IMG/VR virus record: IMGVR_UViG_3300016484_000060
Span: 1-29,919 of that record
Reading direction: 5' to 3' (one strand)
Source of the DNA: a virus
Lineage: Duplodnaviria > Caudoviricetes
Length of the DNA: 29,919 bases
The translations under genes were made by a program, and so were the position numbers. This document shows, piece after piece, positions 13,277 through 22,768 of this stretch. A model generated the notes under the pieces. The model was not told where the DNA came from. It searched no databases and saw nothing but the letters and a program-made list of their open reading frames with translations. Positions within the stretch are counted from its first letter, which is position 1. Every line of letters starts with the position of its first letter.

Positions 13277-15333
13277 TGGATAACGGAACACTAAAAGGCA
13301 TATTAGAAAACGAAATTGATAACGCTCTAGGCTTTATCGAAACCGAAACTACTTATGCTCGCAGAAAAGCACTCGACTTTTACAATCGTGAGCCTTATGG
13401 CAATGAGGTAGAAGGTCGTAGCCAAATCGTTACAGGCGAAGTCGCAGAGGTGATTGATGGTGCGTTGCCACAATTACTGCGTATTTTCACAGCATCAGAC
13501 GAAATGGTGCGCTTCGAGCCTAAGATGGCTGGTGACGAGGAAAAGGCTAAACAAGCTACAGAATATGTGAATTGGGTTCTAAACCACGACAATAGTGGTG
13601 TAATCCTGTTTCATAACTGGTTCAAAGACGCTCTCCTACAAAAGAATGGTGTTGTTAAGACCTACTGGGATGAGAAAGTAGAAATCACCAAAGAGAAGTA
13701 CGAGAATCTAAACGAAGAAGAATTAGCAATGCTTTTGGCTGACCCTGATATTGAGGTTTCTAGCCAAGAGACAGAAGAAGTAGGTACACAGTTAGACCCA
13801 ATGACAGGTGTAGAAGTTCCTGTGTTTTCCTACAATGTAGTCATTAAGAAGACTAACAAGACAGGCAAGGTAGTTGTAGAGAATGTGCCACCTGAAGAAT
13901 TCTTAATCTCTAAGAAAGCTCGTCATATCTCTGATAGCCCATTTACTGCTCATCGCAGATTGGTTACTCGCTCAGACCTGATTAACCTAGGCTACCCTAA
14001 AGATGTAGTTGATGAATTGCCAGTTTACTCAGACCTGACATTTTCAGAGGAACGAGTAGCTCGTTATCCACGAGGTGAGCAACCTGATGAGGATTCTCCA
14101 TTAGACAAAGCAATGCAAGAGATTGAGGTCTTTGAGTGCTTTATCCGAGTAGACAAAGACGAAGATGGTATTGCTGAGTTGCGTAGAATCGTTTACGCAG
14201 GTACAGAAATCCTAGAAGATGATGTAGCCGACTTCGTACCATTTGCTTCTGTAAGCCCGATTCCAATGCCACATAAGTTCTTTGGTCAGAGCTTGGCAGA
14301 CAGAGCGATGGACTTGCAGTTGATTAAGTCTACAGTTACCCGTCAAATCTTAGACAACCTTTATCTGACTAATAACCCACGAATGGGTGCAGTTGAGGGT
14401 CAAGTAAACCTAGACGATTTACTAACTGTGACTGCTGGTGGTGTAGTTCGCATGAAGAACCCACAGGCTTTAGTTCCTGTGAATATTGCCCCTACAGCTA
14501 ATCAGTCATTCCCAATGCTCGAATACTTGGATTCAGTCCAAGAGAAGCGCACAGGTGTTAATGCTCAAAGCCAAGGATTAGACCCTAACATCCTACAGAA
14601 TACGACTGCTACTGCTGTGGCTATGATGCAAAACGCTGCTGCAGGTAAGGTAGAGATGATTGCTCGTATCTTTGCAGAAACAGGTGTAAAAGACCTTTTC
14701 GAGAAGGTTCTACAGTTACTCTGCAAGTACCAAGACAAAGAGCGTGTAATCCGCTTGCGTGGTCGCTATGTGTCTATTGACCCTAGAGAGTGGGCTAATG
14801 GCTTTGACATCTCTATCAATGTCGGTCTAGGCACAGGCAACAAGCAAGAGCAGATGGCTATGATTGCTGCTGTATTGCAAAAGCAAGAGCAGATTCTAGG
14901 CACACAAGGCTTTAACAACCCATTGGTTAGTTTGACACAATACAGACAGACTTTAGGTCGCTTTATTGAAGCTGCAGGATTTAAGGATTCGACAGAGTTC
15001 TTCAAGGAAATTGCACCTGAGTTTGAGCAGATGATTGCACAGCCACAGCCACCACAGCCTGACCCTACAACACAGGCAGTCATGGCACAGGTTCAAGCAC
15101 AGATTCAGGCTGACCAAATGAGAGCGCAGAATGAGATTCAGGTAGCCCAAGCTAAGGCACAGGCTGATATTGAGTTGCAGAGAGAAAAGGCTGCAGCAGA
15201 GATTCAGTTAAAGCGTGAGAAAGCACAGGCAGACTTAGAAATTAAGACAGCCGAGTTCAATGCTGAAGCTAGATTGAAGGCTTTACAGGTAGGCGCAGGA
15301 CTTTCTAATACACCAAACATCCCTAATCTATGA
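13276..15333 (+). CDS. portal protein (P22-like with Q-rich barrel tail)
   Basis: follows terL by TGATG coupling; ~685 aa; long Q/A coiled-coil C-terminus. Confidence 0.9.
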   Translation: MDNGTLKGILENEIDNALGFIETETTYARRKALDFYNREPYGNEVEGRSQIVTGEVAEVIDGALPQLLRIFTASDEMVRFEPKMAGDEEKAKQATEYVNWVLNHDNSGVILFHNWFKDALLQKNGVVKTYWDEKVEITKEKYENLNEEELAMLLADPDIEVSSQETEEVGTQLDPMTGVEVPVFSYNVVIKKTNKTGKVVVENVPPEEFLISKKARHISDSPFTAHRRLVTRSDLINLGYPKDVVDELPVYSDLTFSEERVARYPRGEQPDEDSPLDKAMQEIEVFECFIRVDKDEDGIAELRRIVYAGTEILEDDVADFVPFASVSPIPMPHKFFGQSLADRAMDLQLIKSTVTRQILDNLYLTNNPRMGAVEGQVNLDDLLTVTAGGVVRMKNPQALVPVNIAPTANQSFPMLEYLDSVQEKRTGVNAQSQGLDPNILQNTTATAVAMMQNAAAGKVEMIARIFAETGVKDLFEKVLQLLCKYQDKERVIRLRGRYVSIDPREWANGFDISINVGLGTGNKQEQMAMIAAVLQKQEQILGTQGFNNPLVSLTQYRQTLGRFIEAAGFKDSTEFFKEIAPEFEQMIAQPQPPQPDPTTQAVMAQVQAQIQADQMRAQNEIQVAQAKAQADIELQREKAAAEIQLKREKAQADLEIKTAEFNAEARLKALQVGAGLSNTPNIPNL

Positions 15334-15560
15334 GCAAACCTGAACAGGCAAACCGATTATTAAACGATGATTTCTTCAAGGAACTTGTAGAAAATCAGAA
15401 AGTGTTGTATAAAAACAACATATTCAATAGTGCTGAAGATGATGTAGAGGGTCGAGAAAAGGCTCTCATCAAATACAGGGCGATTGAAGAATTTGTGGCG
15501 AGTATTCAAGCAATAGCTGATGAAAAACAGATTGCAAATAAACGCTGGAAGATTTTGTAA
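15330..15560 (+). CDS. small head-module protein
   Basis: 76 aa between portal and scaffold, ATGA-coupled. Confidence 0.7.
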   Translation: MSKPEQANRLLNDDFFKELVENQKVLYKNNIFNSAEDDVEGREKALIKYRAIEEFVASIQAIADEKQIANKRWKIL

Positions 15561-15581
15561 ACAACCGAAAGGTATCTAAAA

Positions 15582-16571
15582 ATGAGTGAAAACACCAATC
15601 CGCAAGGAAGTGTAACAGTAAGCCAAGCAGCTAACGCATTTTTGTCTTTGATGGACTCACCTACTGAGGAAGCTCAACAGGCTCAACCAGAGGTAGACCA
15701 ACAAGAACCAGTAGAGATGGAAGCCGAACAATCGGAAGAAGTCGAAGCCAGTTCAGAGGACTACACAGATGAAAGTGCGGAAGAAACTGAATACCAAGAA
15801 GAAGAACCCGAAGAAACCCCTACTTATCGTGTCAAAGTAGACAATGAGGAAGTAGAGGTCACTCTTGACGAGCTTTTACAAGGTTACAGTCGCACAAAGG
15901 ATTACACCAAGAAAACTCAGGCTTTGGCAGAAACTCGTAAGGCTATTGAAGCCGAGAAAGCGAGAATCGAAGAAGCTAAACAGTTGCGAGATACCTATGC
16001 TCAAAGGCTTCAGGTAATTGAGGAGATGCTCAGTCAGGGTGATGACAAAGAGAATCTTGCTGAATTAAAGGAAACAGACCCTATTGGCTATGCCATTAAG
16101 GTTGCCGAAAGAGCAGAAAAGGAAAAGCAACTTCAAGCTGTTCAAGCTGAAAGACAGCGCCTAGCGCAACAACAACAGCAAGAGCAACAAGAGGTGCTTA
16201 AGCAACATTTGGCTAGTGAAGCGCAAAAGCTCAAGGAGTGGATTCCTGAGTTTAGAGACGAAGCGAAGGCAGAAGTAGCTCGTAGGCAGATTAAAGAGTA
16301 TGCGAAATCTATAGGTTTCACAGACCAAGAGCTTGCGAATGTATACGATGCACGAGCAGTCCAAACGCTCTACAAAGCCATGCAGTATGAAAAGCTAGTA
16401 AAGGGCAAAGGTGTAGCTACTAAGAAGGTAGCCGAAGCGCCTAAGACTTTGAAAGCTGGAACTTCAAATCCACAGAGTTCCGAAAAGGATGCAGTTAAGA
16501 AGGATTTCCAAAAGTTGAAATCAACTGGTAAGAAAGCCGATGCTGCGAAATTATTTGAACGATTTATTTAA
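15582..16571 (+). CDS. capsid scaffolding protein
   Basis: very acidic N-terminus, YRVKVDNEEVEVTLDELLQGY..DYTKKTQ.LAE, coiled coil; precedes capsid gene. Confidence 0.85.
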   Translation: MSENTNPQGSVTVSQAANAFLSLMDSPTEEAQQAQPEVDQQEPVEMEAEQSEEVEASSEDYTDESAEETEYQEEEPEETPTYRVKVDNEEVEVTLDELLQGYSRTKDYTKKTQALAETRKAIEAEKARIEEAKQLRDTYAQRLQVIEEMLSQGDDKENLAELKETDPIGYAIKVAERAEKEKQLQAVQAERQRLAQQQQQEQQEVLKQHLASEAQKLKEWIPEFRDEAKAEVARRQIKEYAKSIGFTDQELANVYDARAVQTLYKAMQYEKLVKGKGVATKKVAEAPKTLKAGTSNPQSSEKDAVKKDFQKLKSTGKKADAAKLFERFI

Positions 16572-16582
16572 AGGATTTAGAA

Positions 16583-17533
16583 ATGCCTACATTTACAAGA
16601 TATGATGCGGTTGGCGCTCGTGAAGACCTGACCGATGTAATTTATAACATTAGCCCACAAGACACTCCAATTATGTCTTCTATCGGCAAGACCAAAGCTA
16701 CTGCTGTTTACCATGAGTGGCAGACAGACAGCTTGGCTGCTGTAGATACAGCTAACGCTTTAGTTGAAGGTGCTGATGCTTCTGCTGCTACATTGTCACC
16801 AACTACTCGTATTGGTAACTACACACAAATCGTGGGTAAGACAATTCAAGTTTCAGGTACTTTGGAAGCTGTAGACAAGGCTGGTCGTAAGTCAGAAAAG
16901 GCTTACCAATTAGCTAAGGCTTCTGCTGAACTCAAGCGTGACATCGAAGGCATCATTACTGCTAACCAAGGTCAAACTGCTGGTACTAGCTCATCTGCTC
17001 GTAAGATGGGTTCTTTGTTGTCTTACATCAAGACCAACACAAACAAAGGTTCAGGTACAACTGCTGGTGCAGACCCTACAACTATCGGTGTATCTACTCG
17101 TACAGATGGTACAACTCGTACATTCCAAGAGTCTATGCTCAAGGATGTAGTTGCTAAGGTATTCACTTCAGGTGGCACACCTTCAGTATTGATGGTTTCT
17201 CCTGCTCTTAAGCAAGTTGTTTCAGGCTTTACTGGCTTGGCTCAACATCGCTATAACAGCAATGCCAATGGCAATGTAACTATCCTAGCTGGTGCTGATA
17301 TGTACGCATCTGACTTCGGTGTGTTGCAAGTTGTTCCTAACCGCTTTATGCGTACTCGTGATGCTTTGGTACTCGACCCTGAGTATGCAGCACTCGCATA
17401 TTTGCGCCCATTCCAAACTAACGAATTGGCTAAGACTGGTGACTCTGAGAAGACACAAATTTTGGCTGAATTGACTTTGGAAGTTAAGAACGAAGCTGCT
17501 CATGGCGGTATCTTCGACTTGTCAGCAAGCTAA
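16583..17533 (+). CDS. major capsid protein (DUF5309 / SU10-like)
   Basis: REDLTDVIYNISPQDTP, HEWQTDSL, NYTQI, ELKRDIE, E.TLEVKNEAAHG motifs; followed by a terminator. Confidence 0.92.
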   Translation: MPTFTRYDAVGAREDLTDVIYNISPQDTPIMSSIGKTKATAVYHEWQTDSLAAVDTANALVEGADASAATLSPTTRIGNYTQIVGKTIQVSGTLEAVDKAGRKSEKAYQLAKASAELKRDIEGIITANQGQTAGTSSSARKMGSLLSYIKTNTNKGSGTTAGADPTTIGVSTRTDGTTRTFQESMLKDVVAKVFTSGGTPSVLMVSPALKQVVSGFTGLAQHRYNSNANGNVTILAGADMYASDFGVLQVVPNRFMRTRDALVLDPEYAALAYLRPFQTNELAKTGDSEKTQILAELTLEVKNEAAHGGIFDLSAS

Positions 17534-17549
17534 TTGTTGAAGTAGAATT

Positions 17550-17574
17550 GGGGTGGGGAAACTCACCCCTTTTT
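17550..17574 (+). terminator. intrinsic terminator after capsid gene
   Basis: GGGGTGGG-GAAA-CTCACCCC followed by T5. Confidence 0.85.
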
Positions 17575-17591
17575 CTTATAAGGAGAGGAAA

Positions 17592-17915
17592 TTGTCTAAA
17601 TTAGGCAATCTCGGCAACAATAAGACAGCCTACGCTGATGGCGATGGCGGACTAATTATTGAGACTAAAGTAGACCTTAGCGACTTTATCGCTGAGACAC
17701 AAGCTCAATATAAGAATAGAAGTGGTAGCACAGGATGGGGAGATAACCCACTTGATGAACGCAATAAGATTGCTACCATACCACCTGAAATCATAGAAGA
17801 CTTGAATCGTAAAGGCATCATGCGTGGCTACTTCATCGTAGACGAGCCAGCCATGAAGCGATGGTTAAACGACCCGATTAATCAAGTATTCCGTACTAGG
17901 GGTGGAAAAGTTTGA
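17592..17915 (+). CDS. hypothetical virion-module protein
   Basis: TTG start at 17592 after AGGAGAGG; ends WLNDP.NQVFRTRGGKV. Confidence 0.75.
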   Translation: MSKLGNLGNNKTAYADGDGGLIIETKVDLSDFIAETQAQYKNRSGSTGWGDNPLDERNKIATIPPEIIEDLNRKGIMRGYFIVDEPAMKRWLNDPINQVFRTRGGKV

Positions 17916-18538
17916 AAACAGTTGCTATTTGCATACCTGCTAGAGGGCAGATGGAAGTAGGAACTGCTTTTGATTTAGCTCGGATGGTCAATCATGTAGC
18001 CAGAAAAGGTGAAATACAGGTCAATCTGTATACATCTATGGGAACTCTGATATTTGACCAAAGAAACAATATGGTGGAATCAGCCCTAGAAGAAGGTGCT
18101 GATTATGTGCTTTTTATCGATGCAGATATGCGCTTTCCGAAAGATACGCTAGAAAGGCTTATATCGCACAATAAAGGCATTGTTGGGGTTAATGCTACTA
18201 CTAGGTCAGTTCCAGTAAAAGCGACTGCCAAGCACCTTATAATCGATTCTGATGGCACTTGTAATTGGAAACAGATTAGCTCTAAGAATAAGACAGGTTT
18301 ACAGATGGCTGATGGTATCGGCTGTGGGGTGATGTTAATTAGCAGAGAAACCCTAGAAAAGATAGAGAAACCTTGGTTCTTTTTTGAGTTATTACCTGAA
18401 AACAAGCTATTAGGCGAAGATATTTACTTCTGTGTCAAAGCAAAAGATGTAGGAATTGACACATTTATAGACCATGATTTATCACAAGAGATAGGTCATG
18501 TTGGCTCATACACTTACGGATGGCATGACATATCATGA
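17912..18538 (+). CDS. glycosyltransferase family 2-like (GT-A fold)
   Basis: VAICIP, RN..VE.AL..GADYVLFIDADM (DxD), G.GVMLI.R, GEDIYFC. Confidence 0.8.
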   Translation: MKTVAICIPARGQMEVGTAFDLARMVNHVARKGEIQVNLYTSMGTLIFDQRNNMVESALEEGADYVLFIDADMRFPKDTLERLISHNKGIVGVNATTRSVPVKATAKHLIIDSDGTCNWKQISSKNKTGLQMADGIGCGVMLISRETLEKIEKPWFFFELLPENKLLGEDIYFCVKAKDVGIDTFIDHDLSQEIGHVGSYTYGWHDIS

Positions 18539-19155
18539 GTTTTACTAACTATTCTGCGCTACAGACTACCATCGCTAACTACTTGGGTAGAACTGACCTA
18601 ACAAGTCAAATTCCTACTTTTATCCAGTTGGCTGAAACTCGACTAGCTCGACAGTTGCGTACTCGCTTGATGCTCAAGTCTGCGACTGCAAGCATGACTG
18701 CTGGAGACAATCGGGTAGCAGTTCCTACTGATTTTATGGAACTAAGGGATTTACATATCCAAGGCAACCCTAGGATTCCTGTGACTTATCTGTCTCCTAG
18801 CGCTTTCACAAGAAACGCTAGGGCAGAGGAGTCGGGAAAACCTTTGTTTTACACAGTATTGCAGACAGAGTTTGAGTTTGCACCTATCCCTGATTCAGCT
18901 TATGTATTAGAGATTCTTTACTATGCAAAACCTGCTCTGCTAAGTGGCTCAAATACTTCTAATGTGTTCTTGGCTAACTATCCTGATGCTCTGCTCTATG
19001 GCAGTCTGATGGAAGCCGAGCCTTATCTGATTAACGATGCAAGGGTTCAGTTATGGGCTTCTATGTACGACAGAGCAATAACAAACATTAACGATTCTGA
19101 CCAAAACTCAGAATATTCAGGTGTTCCACTAACAATGAAATTAGCTACTCAATAA
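18535..19155 (+). CDS. head-tail adaptor / tail tubular A-like protein
   Basis: IPTFIQLAE.RL.R.LR, P.D..PD..Y, YPDALLYGSL.EA; position after head genes. Confidence 0.75.
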   Translation: MSFTNYSALQTTIANYLGRTDLTSQIPTFIQLAETRLARQLRTRLMLKSATASMTAGDNRVAVPTDFMELRDLHIQGNPRIPVTYLSPSAFTRNARAEESGKPLFYTVLQTEFEFAPIPDSAYVLEILYYAKPALLSGSNTSNVFLANYPDALLYGSLMEAEPYLINDARVQLWASMYDRAITNINDSDQNSEYSGVPLTMKLATQ

Positions 19156-19165
19156 GGATTCAATC

Positions 19166-19552
19166 ATGGCTGAAATGTCGAATTATTTAGAAAATGCGCT
19201 GATTAACGCTACATTGCGTAACACAGCTTATACAAGCCCTGCTACTGTTTATGTTGGCTTGTTTACTTCTGACCCTACAGACGCAGGTTCAGGTACAGAG
19301 GTTAGTGGTGGCTCTTATGCTCGTACTGCTGTTACTTTTGGCGCACCTTCTAATGGCGCATCAACAAACAGCGCAGCAGTTGAGTTCCCACAAGCTACAG
19401 GCAATTGGGGAACAATTACTCATATCGGTATCTTAGATGCTTCTTCAAGCGGTAATCTTCTATACCACACAGCTTTAGATACTTCTAAGGTTATCCAAAC
19501 AGGCGATATTTTTAAAATTGCAACAGGTAATCTGAGCGTTACATTGTCATAA
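19166..19552 (+). CDS. virion structural protein
   Basis: Ser/Thr/Gly-rich beta protein, VYVGLFTSDP..TEVSGGSYAR..V.F. Confidence 0.7.
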   Translation: MAEMSNYLENALINATLRNTAYTSPATVYVGLFTSDPTDAGSGTEVSGGSYARTAVTFGAPSNGASTNSAAVEFPQATGNWGTITHIGILDASSSGNLLYHTALDTSKVIQTGDIFKIATGNLSVTLS

Positions 19553-20514
19553 TGCCACTAACTTTAGAACAGTTAGACCAATTTGGAAGTATCGATGACT
19601 TACAGTATTCCCTAGACCTAGATTGGTACGAAGATAGGGTTACAGGGAATTGGACACTAGAAGCCATCGATGCTATTGGCTCTATTGACAGCATTAACCT
19701 GTCTTTAGATAGCCCATATTGGAATGGACTAACTGTATATTTCTACAATCCAGCAAGCGTTACTGCTAATGCTAGTGTTGTCGCTAATGCCTACAGAGAA
19801 AGACTAGGCACAGGCGCAATCACAGGAGAAGCGACAGTTACTGCAAGCCCGACAAGAATTATGTTCTTCTCAGGCTCAATAACTGCCAATGCTCAGACAG
19901 AAGCTAATGCCTATGCAGTCTATTCAGGTGTGGGTAGCATTACAGCCAATGCTACTTGCTCTGCAAATGGCACAAGAATTAGGCTCTCCAATGGGTCTAT
20001 AAGCGCCTTAGCGACTGTTTCTGCTTCTGCCTATAGAGAGCTATTCGGCAATGCTCAAATAAGCGCTATAGCGACTGTTACAGCGAATGGCGCTAGGGTT
20101 GTAGACTTTAGTGGTGCTATTACAGGTTCAGCAACTGTTACTGCTGATTCAATCAGAATTAGAACAGGGGTCGGAAGTGTTAATGGATTATGCACAGTTA
20201 CAGCGCTTGGTGGAGTCGAATATTCGGGCGTGGCAAGGATTACAGGCATCTCAACAGTATCTTGCACAGCAAATGCAGTATTCTCAGCATCTAGCTCAAT
20301 TATATGTTCAGGCTCTGTTATTGCTCTAGGCAATATCATTGGGGATAATTGGACACCTGAAACAGCAGGTACAGAGTCATGGACACCTGAGACTCCTGAT
20401 GCGCCAAGTTGGACAGATATTCCTGCAAGTAATGATGTATGGACACAACAGGCAAGTAGCACAGGAACTTGGAATACTATGCCTAGCAACAACAATTCAT
20501 GGATAAATCAATAA
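19552..20514 (+). CDS. repetitive beta-strand virion protein (fibre or decoration)
   Basis: ~20-aa repeats like G.ITA.ATVTA...R; C-terminal Trp every 10 aa. Confidence 0.7.
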   Translation: MPLTLEQLDQFGSIDDLQYSLDLDWYEDRVTGNWTLEAIDAIGSIDSINLSLDSPYWNGLTVYFYNPASVTANASVVANAYRERLGTGAITGEATVTASPTRIMFFSGSITANAQTEANAYAVYSGVGSITANATCSANGTRIRLSNGSISALATVSASAYRELFGNAQISAIATVTANGARVVDFSGAITGSATVTADSIRIRTGVGSVNGLCTVTALGGVEYSGVARITGISTVSCTANAVFSASSSIICSGSVIALGNIIGDNWTPETAGTESWTPETPDAPSWTDIPASNDVWTQQASSTGTWNTMPSNNNSWINQ

Positions 20515-21962
20515 TGGCAAACCAAAGAATTACCTTCGGAGAGTGGCTACCTGACCAACCATCGGTGACAGGTGCATTAATGGCAGCTAATAATGTCTAC
20601 TCTAGGGCTATTGGCTATGGTGGTATTCCATTGGCTGTTGATTATTCACAAGCTGCTTCTGAGCCATTAAACAATGTTGTAGCTGGTAAAAACCCTGATG
20701 GAAGCACGACAGTATTCGCAGGAAGCCAAACAAACCTATATAAGCTAGATTCTGCTGATATGTCGCTAGATGATGTATCAGGCGCTACTTATGGCACTCC
20801 TGTAGACCAAAGATGGCGCTTTACTCAGTTTGGCAACAGAATTATTGCTGCTAATGGATATGACAAGCTACAAGGTTGGTTGTTAGGAACATCGACTTCT
20901 TGGTCTGATTTGGCTGCTGATGCCCCTACTGCTCGTTATGTAACAGTCGTTAGAGACTTCGTAGTTACAGGGCATATTGGCACAGCCTACCCATTTAGAG
21001 TCAAATGGTCTGCTATTAATAATGAAACTTCATGGACAGATTCAGCGACTACACAGTCTGACTATCAAGAGATTCCTGATGGTGGCTCTATCGTAGGTGT
21101 TACAGGTGGAGAGTTCGGGTTAATCCTAATGGATAGGTCAATCTATCGCATGACTTATGTAGGTAGTCCATTGGTATTCCAATTCGACAATATCAGCAGA
21201 AACCTAGGCTGTTATGAAGCTAACTCAGTTATTCAGTATCAAGGGGTAACTTTCTTCCTAGCAGACGATGGTTTCTATAGCTGTGATGGACAGAATGTGG
21301 TGTCAATCGGTGGCGAAAAGGTAGACCGCTACTTCTTTGCTGATGTAGACGAAGAATACCTATTCAATATGTCGGCTGCTATCGACCCTATTAAAAACTT
21401 AGTGATTTGGGCTTACCCATCTAAGGGACAGGGCGGTAATGTCAATAAGTTGTTGATTTATAACTTCCAAACTAAGCGATGGTCTAGCGGAACTACCAAT
21501 GTCACTAAGGTAGCTTCAGCTTCTAGCCCATCGACCACTTTAGAAGGTTTAGACGCTATTTCCCCATCTATTGATGCCCTAGGAACTAGCTTTGACTCTC
21601 GTATTTGGCTAGGCGGAAAACTGCTATTTGCAGGGGTCAGAGGAAATAAAATTGTCACATTTACAGGACAGAATTCTACTGCTACAATTCAGACAGGAGA
21701 ATTGTCTCTTGAAAATCGTAAGTCAGCAGTTACTCTAGTTCAGCCTATAGTCGATAATGGCTCTGCAAGTGTAGCTGTATTCTCAAGAGATTTGCTAACG
21801 ACTCAGGTGGTTTTTGGCACATCAACCGCAGCAAACTCAGAAAATAGGGTGTCAGTACGAAGCATGGGAAGATACCACAGATTACAGTTCACACCTACAG
21901 GCGATAATTGGGATGCCATTATCGGTGCTGATGTAGAGCTTGTGCCTATGGGTGGTCGCTAA
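20514..21962 (+). CDS. tail nozzle / DNA stabilisation protein (P22 gp10 or T7 gp12-like beta-propeller)
   Basis: ~480 aa beta-rich with RVKWSAINN...W and LIYNF..KRWS; TAATG-coupled start. Confidence 0.75.
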   Translation: MANQRITFGEWLPDQPSVTGALMAANNVYSRAIGYGGIPLAVDYSQAASEPLNNVVAGKNPDGSTTVFAGSQTNLYKLDSADMSLDDVSGATYGTPVDQRWRFTQFGNRIIAANGYDKLQGWLLGTSTSWSDLAADAPTARYVTVVRDFVVTGHIGTAYPFRVKWSAINNETSWTDSATTQSDYQEIPDGGSIVGVTGGEFGLILMDRSIYRMTYVGSPLVFQFDNISRNLGCYEANSVIQYQGVTFFLADDGFYSCDGQNVVSIGGEKVDRYFFADVDEEYLFNMSAAIDPIKNLVIWAYPSKGQGGNVNKLLIYNFQTKRWSSGTTNVTKVASASSPSTTLEGLDAISPSIDALGTSFDSRIWLGGKLLFAGVRGNKIVTFTGQNSTATIQTGELSLENRKSAVTLVQPIVDNGSASVAVFSRDLLTTQVVFGTSTAANSENRVSVRSMGRYHRLQFTPTGDNWDAIIGADVELVPMGGR

Positions 21963-22756
21963 TGTATCGTGTATTACCGCCATTTGGCTCTGACCCTCGT
22001 AATGTTGCTGAGGTCGTTAATGGCATTATGAATGGTAAGACCAATAACACAGGCTCTGTGACATTGGCTACAGGTGGCGCAAGCACTACAACTATTACTG
22101 ATGCTCGAATTGGCATAGATTCAGTTATTTTGTTGATGCCTACAGATGATGTAAGCGCTAGTAGTTATTTCCCTTATGGCGCTTTTCAGGATTCAACAGA
22201 CCAAACAGCAGGTAGCACGACTACTGCTTATGCAATGACTTATAACACCACAGATTATTCTGAGGGTGTTACTTTAGCAAGTGGTTCAAGAATTACAGCA
22301 GGATATTCAGGTTTATACAACCTACAATTTTCTGCACAGTTTGTAAATACAGATAGCTCAATTCAAGATGTTGATGTATGGTTCAGAAAGAATGGCTCAG
22401 ATATAGCTAATTCTAATAGTAAGTTTTCTGTACCAAATAGACATGGTAGCGTTGATGGTCATTTAATTGCAGGTTTAAATTTCTTTGTAGCTTTAGAGAA
22501 AAATGAATATGTTGAGATTATGTGGGCTACAACTAGCACAACAGTATCTATTCAACAGTTACCAACACAAACAAGTCCAACAAGACCAGCAACACCATCT
22601 GTAATTGCAACAATGAGCTATCTATCATCAAATGGGTACTCAAGTAATATTTTTACAAGCACTTATATTAGTTCAGTAACTAATGGAAGTGCAGTAATCA
22701 GTCATCCTGCAAATAGTATGGCAGGTAAGACATTTAAATATATAGTAGTAGGATAA
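21962..22756 (+). CDS. tail protein with C1q/TNF-like jelly-roll domain
   Basis: PYGAF...GLYNLQFSAQF...VWFRKNG...YVEIMW pattern. Confidence 0.6.
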   Translation: MYRVLPPFGSDPRNVAEVVNGIMNGKTNNTGSVTLATGGASTTTITDARIGIDSVILLMPTDDVSASSYFPYGAFQDSTDQTAGSTTTAYAMTYNTTDYSEGVTLASGSRITAGYSGLYNLQFSAQFVNTDSSIQDVDVWFRKNGSDIANSNSKFSVPNRHGSVDGHLIAGLNFFVALEKNEYVEIMWATTSTTVSIQQLPTQTSPTRPATPSVIATMSYLSSNGYSSNIFTSTYISSVTNGSAVISHPANSMAGKTFKYIVVG

Positions 22757-22768
22757 AAGGAAGCTATT

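Noticed and set aside
15564-15573. ACC-GAAA-GGT mini-hairpin over the scaffold RBS as an autoregulatory operator
   Set aside because: Only 3 bp of stem; too weak to support without comparative data
12020-17533. Introns or inteins in terminase, portal or capsid
   Set aside because: Lengths are ordinary, frames continuous, no intein terminal motifs seen
17553-17591. Track start for the post-capsid ORF
   Set aside because: Falls inside the terminator hairpin; strong SD precedes TTG at 17592
17500-17600. Capsid readthrough or frameshift extension
   Set aside because: TAA stop, no slippery heptamer seen, and a terminator follows
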